A DNA stretch of 26,604 nt from an archaeon (GTDB taxonomy: Archaea; Nanobdellota; Nanobdellia; Pacearchaeales; GW2011-AR1): positions 1 through 26,604 of the forward strand of contig JBDRNU010000022.1 in the NCBI GenBank assembly GCA_043810775.1. The letters run 5' to 3'. A model generated the notes under the pieces. The model was not told the origin of the DNA. It worked only from the letters and a program-made list of their open reading frames with translations, and searched no databases. This document shows, piece by piece, positions 22,795-26,604 of the stretch; position 1 is the stretch's first letter; every line of letters starts with the position of its first letter. A program made the position numbers and the translations under genes.

Positions 22795-22882
22795 ATTCGT
22801 GCATTTAAAACCAGCTTTTTAGACTTTTCTATGCACCCCAAGCTTTAAATAGGGCTATTTATATTAAAGTGAGGAGAAATAA

Positions 22883-22996
22883 ATGAACGCTAGGAATGAA
22901 TTGGAAGGTATTGATTCTGTAATATGTCAGAAATGTTTATGGAGATTCACATTTCTGAGCATAGTCAAAAACTCTAAGTTTTTGATATTTTTATAA
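22883..22996 (+). CDS. Possible small ORF, 37 aa, with CxxC (not in the track)
   Basis: Hand translation: MNARNELEGIDSVICQKCLWRFTFLSIVKNSKFLIFL*. CTTTAAATAG lies about 30 nt upstream and GAGGAG about 6 nt upstream. It may instead be a structured non-coding leader. Confidence 0.25.
   Translation: MNARNELEGIDSVICQKCLWRFTFLSIVKNSKFLIFL
22965..22985. repeat. Second copy of the 9-bp/3-nt-loop hairpin seen at 1-21
   Basis: TCAAAAACT-CTA-AGTTTTTGA versus TCAAAAATC-AAA-GATTTTTGA at 1-21. The two stem differences are compensated on the opposite arm. Confidence 0.5.
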
Positions 22997-23013
22997 ATTG
23001 CAAGGAGGAAAAA

Positions 23014-23325
23014 ATGAAGTTACATGTAGGAAATTTGGCTTATTCTGTGAACGAAGCTGCTTTGAAGAAACTTTTCGCTGCTTATGAAGTGCAAGAAGTT
23101 ATAATCATTTCAGACAAGTTTTCAGGAAGGTCTAAAGGATTTGGTTTTGTGACAATTGAAGACGATGAAGCTGCCAAGAAGGCAATTTCAGAGCTTAATG
23201 GCAAGGAAGTTGACGGCCGTGAGCTTAAAGTTTCAGAAGCCAAGCCAATGGAAGAACGCCCTAGAAGAGATTTTGGAAGAAGAGAACATAGTGGCGGTGG
23301 TTTTAATCAGAGACGAAGATATTAG
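23014..23325 (+). CDS. RRM-type RNA-binding protein with an Arg/Gly-rich tail
   Basis: RNP-2 LHVGNL and RNP-1 KGFGFVTI. C-terminal RPRRDFGRREHSGGGFNQRRRY. Strong AGGAGG 5 nt upstream of the ATG. Confidence 0.9.
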   Translation: MKLHVGNLAYSVNEAALKKLFAAYEVQEVIIISDKFSGRSKGFGFVTIEDDEAAKKAISELNGKEVDGRELKVSEAKPMEERPRRDFGRREHSGGGFNQRRRY

Positions 23326-23379
23326 TTTTTGATTAGAATAATTTTTTATTTTATTTTTTTGATTTTTTAATTTTTCTAT

Positions 23380-23751
23380 TCATCCAAAAAGAGGAGAATT
23401 CCCATGGTGAACTGCATAATCACAAATATGCTCCCAAGGAATATTATATCCCAGGCCTGTATGACTATTTCCGTTTGAGAGATATACTGAAAATGGGCTG
23501 AGCCTTGGGCCAATATTTAAGTCCCATACAGGCAGCAGCCAGCCGACAAAATCCTCCAGAGGCCAGTTGTGAGGAAAGTCAGGCTTGTCAGTTAGCTGAC
23601 CGGTTCTTGTATCCCAGTAAATTTCCCTGTCTAGCAGGAGATGAATTACTGAGCCTGGATATGCTTCTGATAAAAAACGCTGCTTTAGCTCATCCAAAAA
23701 TTCTTGTCTTTTCTGCTCTCTAAACTCAGAAAAACTTGCCAGTTCTCCCAT
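23380..23751 (-). CDS. Hypothetical protein, 123 aa, Trp/Pro-rich
   Basis: ATG start, visibly less AT-rich than its surroundings. No domain recognised. Confidence 0.6.
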   Translation of the reverse strand: MGELASFSEFREQKRQEFLDELKQRFLSEAYPGSVIHLLLDREIYWDTRTGQLTDKPDFPHNWPLEDFVGWLLPVWDLNIGPRLSPFSVYLSNGNSHTGLGYNIPWEHICDYAVHHGNSPLFG

Positions 23752-23876
23752 AGTTAAGCTAGAGATAATGATTTTTTAAGCATTATTGCAGTGGATAATA
23801 GGATTTTAGAATTATTTTTTATTCTCGTATTCTCTTCGATTTCTTCTTCTCTGCTTTTTTCTAGAATTTGCCATTT

Positions 23877-24251
23877 TTATTCAATCTTCAGTGCTTTCAT
23901 AATTTTATCAAGCTTTACATTGATTTTGTCAAGCTGTTCTGAACTAGCTGAACCTCTTGAACTATCACTTTTACCAAAACACTCGTTACAGTAGATTGGC
24001 TTGCCTTTAGTTGGCTTAAATGGAACTTCACATTTTTTACCACACTCATCACATATAACTTTGTGCATTTCAGGTGGCCCTCTTCTTGAACTTCTGAAGT
24101 CTCTGTCTCTCCCACCGAATCCTCTATTGCTTCCTCTATCTCGAAAACTTCTATCACTAGAATCAGAGTCTCTATCTCTAAAGCTTCTTCCTCCTGATCT
24201 TCCGCTAAATCTGCCTCCCCCGCCCCTGTTATCTTTTCTATAGCCTGCCAT
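23877..24251 (-). CDS. CxxC-x17-CxxC zinc-ribbon protein with an RGG/RS-like repetitive N-terminal region (the track version starts at a TTG at 24341)
   Basis: CDECGKKCEVPFKPTKGKPIYCNEC has exactly 17 residues between the CxxC pairs. The ATG at 24251 has TTTTATATA about 30 nt upstream on the minus strand. N-terminus: GGGGRFSGRSGGRSFRDRDSDSSDRSFRDRGSNRGFGGRDRDF. Confidence 0.75.
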   Translation of the reverse strand: MAGYRKDNRGGGGRFSGRSGGRSFRDRDSDSSDRSFRDRGSNRGFGGRDRDFRSSRRGPPEMHKVICDECGKKCEVPFKPTKGKPIYCNECFGKSDSSRGSASSEQLDKINVKLDKIMKALKIE

Positions 24252-24399
24252 GTTTGTATATTTATGAGGTAAATGTCTGTATATAAAAGTATGTTCTTGA
24301 TGAAAAATTACAGTAAAACTAGAGATTTTAGTGATTTCCAATAACCTTAATTATTTCTGCTTTGAAGAATATTTTAACTGAAACATATCCTAGCAAGAC

Positions 24400-25023
24400 T
24401 TAAAAATAAACTAGGTAATTTATCTGGTTTTTTGGAAAATCAAAATGAATTCCAGAAGCTTCAAAAATACGCGGAAGTGTTGGAGAAAATGGATAATATT
24501 CCCTAGCTTTTTTTCTTGCTTCTTCTCTAGATGAAAAATCTCCGATTTTCATAAATTTATCCACAGTAGCCTCTTCAATGTGATCATTAAGTTGGAGAAA
24601 ATTAGGAATTTCTATCCCTTTATGCTCTGCAATTGCTAAAGATGTAGCAGCAATAATTTCTTTATGAGCAATAAAGAAACCATATTCTGCAGACTTATAT
24701 TTCTCAAGCAAGGCAATATTTTCTTTTCCGTATTGTAAAAGCTTGTCTAAAGCAGTACCAGGCATACTCCTTGTCTGATAAATAAGAGGTTCTTCTTGAA
24801 TTTGAAGTTCTCTGCCAGATTTTTTCTTAAGCATGGGCTTTAACATCCTTGCAGTTTCAATTGCTCTGCCACTTTCAGAAGCTACAAGAACACAATCAAG
24901 ATTATCAGGCAACAAATCTCCCAATTTTTGAGACAATTTTTCAACTTGCTCTTCACCAATGGGAGTTAACTCTTCATTAATATAATCTGCATTTCCATGC
25001 CTAATAAAATACACTTGTTCCAT
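24400..25023 (-). CDS. Histidine phosphatase (phosphoglycerate-mutase superfamily); a GTG at 25059 is an alternative start
   Basis: MEQVYFIRHGNADY carries the RHG catalytic motif at the usual N-terminal position, with a second His in FFIAHKEII. Confidence 0.75.
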   Translation of the reverse strand: MEQVYFIRHGNADYINEELTPIGEEQVEKLSQKLGDLLPDNLDCVLVASESGRAIETARMLKPMLKKKSGRELQIQEEPLIYQTRSMPGTALDKLLQYGKENIALLEKYKSAEYGFFIAHKEIIAATSLAIAEHKGIEIPNFLQLNDHIEEATVDKFMKIGDFSSREEARKKAREYYPFSPTLPRIFEASGIHFDFPKNQINYLVYF

Positions 25024-25134
25024 TTTATTATCCCAGAATTCAGTCTGAGGTGATAGCACCTCTTAAATTGAAGAGTGTAAGGGTTTTTAAAGTTTTCTTT
25101 AAAAAATATGTCCTCATCCAAAGTTAAGGTTATT

Positions 25135-26604
25135 TTATTTCAATTTCTCTGCAAATTCTCTGGCTTCTTGTTCTGTTGCTCTGTATACTCTTCCATCTAA
25201 ACCATCAGCTACTATATGAATATAAGGACCAACTTCTTCAAGAGGTATGTTAAAATGAGGGGGTTTAGCTACATCCAGCCCAATAAAAGTCCCCATAACT
25301 GCAATATTGTGTTTATGATGTTTATCACCTTCGTCATCTCTTCTAAATTTATTACCAGCTAAACAAAGAATATTTCTTTCATTTGCAATAGTTAATGCAT
25401 GAATTCCGCAGCCACATTTATCAGTTATGACTATTGCTTTTTTATTTGGTGTAAATTCATCATAATCTAAATGATCATATTTTTTAGTTTTATCATAACT
25501 ACTAAAAGTTTTAAGAAAACTAAAACTTGATGGATTGAGTTTTTCCAATACTGCTGCGACATATGCATAATTCTCTGGTTCATTCCATTCTCCCCCAGAG
25601 TTAAGAGATGCATAAATCTGCTGAGGAGTTACCCATTTTCCAATATATTCTCCAGCCCCCATACAAAATCTAGATTCAAATATAGGTTTTTTATCTGGAA
25701 ATTTTATTTTTTTATTTTGCACATTAGTAAGAGGCCTTATTTGAAGTAAATGAATTTTTTCATCAAGAGCTGAGGGTTTTTTAGTATATTTTTTTCCACA
25801 TACATCCTCAAAATCAATTGTAAATTCTAATTCGAAATCTCTCCCATATCTTTTTCGTAACTTTTCTATTAATGGCAATAAACTTTCCTCAAGTAATTCT
25901 TCTTCCATATCAAGAGGCATATTTTCTTTCATAAATATCATCCTATATCTTCCAATACCTTTTCCCCCCTTATCAATATGGTAAAAAACAGCATTAATAT
26001 TATCTTTTTTTGAACCTTTACTACCCTGAACAGCAGCTCCCCTATCATAAGACCACCATATTGGAATCACTCCTTCCCTAGCAGGTAATCTTGACATTGC
26101 AACACCATTATCTCCTTCTACAGCTTCTTGGATAACAACAGCCATTTTTTCATCTTGAATTGCTGCTTTTTCCCTATATTTAACTGCCTCATCTGAATGG
26201 ACAGAAGCATAAACTTCAAGAACAGCTTCTAAAAGATTTTTAGTAAATACACTATTTCCCTTTAAAAATACTGTATTATATATACCTGCTCCTGAAAATT
26301 TATCACTATCTTCAGAAAGTAAAGCAGAACTTCTAACAGCAATTTCTCTTCCTCTAAATTGTTTACTCAGGGCTCTACATTTTTCTTCTAACCTAGCTGG
26401 AATATTCCATCTACCAACAAAATTATCTTCTGGATTAACTATATTATGTAAAAGAGAAGATAATTGTGCTAATTTTTGCTGTTTTAATAATTCTTCATAA
26501 TAAGAACTATCAATAACTTCAAACTCTGGCACAGTGTAACCTATATCTGAATTCTCTGCTAACCAGACTAAACCTTGTCCCTTGCATCCTAATCTTGATG
26601 TCAT
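25135..26604 (-). CDS. PEP-synthase/PPDK-like enzyme: N-terminal ATP-grasp (PPDK_N) plus C-terminal swivel phospho-His domain, with no PEP/pyruvate TIM barrel
   Basis: LGCKGQGLVWLAE..GYTVPEFEVI and IAVRSSALLSEDSDKFSGAGIYNT match PPDK_N hallmarks. AIVITDKCGCGIHALTIANERNILCLAG matches the mobile His domain (GGxTSHAAIvAR..iP.vvG). The ATG is the last 3 nt of the window, so upstream context is unseen. Confidence 0.7.
   Translation of the reverse strand: MTSRLGCKGQGLVWLAENSDIGYTVPEFEVIDSSYYEELLKQQKLAQLSSLLHNIVNPEDNFVGRWNIPARLEEKCRALSKQFRGREIAVRSSALLSEDSDKFSGAGIYNTVFLKGNSVFTKNLLEAVLEVYASVHSDEAVKYREKAAIQDEKMAVVIQEAVEGDNGVAMSRLPAREGVIPIWWSYDRGAAVQGSKGSKKDNINAVFYHIDKGGKGIGRYRMIFMKENMPLDMEEELLEESLLPLIEKLRKRYGRDFELEFTIDFEDVCGKKYTKKPSALDEKIHLLQIRPLTNVQNKKIKFPDKKPIFESRFCMGAGEYIGKWVTPQQIYASLNSGGEWNEPENYAYVAAVLEKLNPSSFSFLKTFSSYDKTKKYDHLDYDEFTPNKKAIVITDKCGCGIHALTIANERNILCLAGNKFRRDDEGDKHHKHNIAVMGTFIGLDVAKPPHFNIPLEEVGPYIHIVADGLDGRVYRATEQEAREFAEKLK

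Noticed and set aside
23505-24243. ORFs 23505..23723 (+), 23791..23994 (+), 23915..24157 (-) and 24001..24243 (+)
   Set aside because: They are antisense or alternative frames of the 123-aa gene and of the CxxC-x17-CxxC gene. The repetitive RGG/RS-coding DNA keeps several frames open.
1-26604. CRISPR arrays, tRNA and rRNA genes
   Set aside because: No regularly spaced direct repeats were seen. No cloverleaf-compatible GC-rich segments of 70-90 nt with a T-loop (GTTCRAATC-like) motif were seen, and there is no rRNA-like conserved block. All sizeable gaps are explained by promoters, hairpins or short ORFs.

Overview
AT-rich, very gene-dense 26.6-kb window with about 38 well-supported protein genes on both strands, plus about six short ORFs (<60 aa) that the ORF track misses. 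I see no rRNA, tRNA or CRISPR array. Most starts are ATGs lying about 20-35 nt downstream of TTTAAA/TTATAAAT-type boxes, often preceded by a GAAA-rich patch. Shine-Dalgarno sites are rare, and several neighbouring genes are coupled by ATGA or 1-nt junctions. The protein content includes a circularly permuted GYPNTGKSS GTPase, a double-length Lrp/AsnC regulator, a U32 peptidase, a cyclophilin, a topoisomerase IB, a CxxC-x17-CxxC protein and many orphan or Cys-rich membrane-anchored proteins. Together these features fit an uncultivated small-genome archaeon (DPANN-like), but that assignment is inference only. Roughly half of the proteins carry no domain I can recognise. Main observations: (i) Exact 25-nt and 30-nt direct repeats, each including the last codons of a gene, bracket inserted cassettes with no recombinase visible. 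One is a NYN-RNase cassette at 14.9-15.6 kb, the other a 4-kb five-gene segment at 17.8-21.8 kb. (ii) Inside the 4-kb segment sits a divergent pair: a 538-aa orphan protein ending in a ThiS-like beta-grasp domain without a GG tail, and a ClpP-like serine protease. They lie beside a minimal nucleotidyltransferase and a bacterial-OMP-like beta-barrel protein. (iii) A short PEP-synthase/PPDK-like enzyme (ATP-grasp plus swivel-His) is paired with a histidine phosphatase. (iv) One operon joins two orphan proteins to topoisomerase IB and a membrane-anchored cyclophilin. (v) Orphan receiver domains flank an HExxH protein. (vi) There are stem-loop arrays, one with a K-turn-like GAUGA/CUGA core and one hairpin copy showing compensatory changes. 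All homology calls come from motif recognition by eye; no searches were run.
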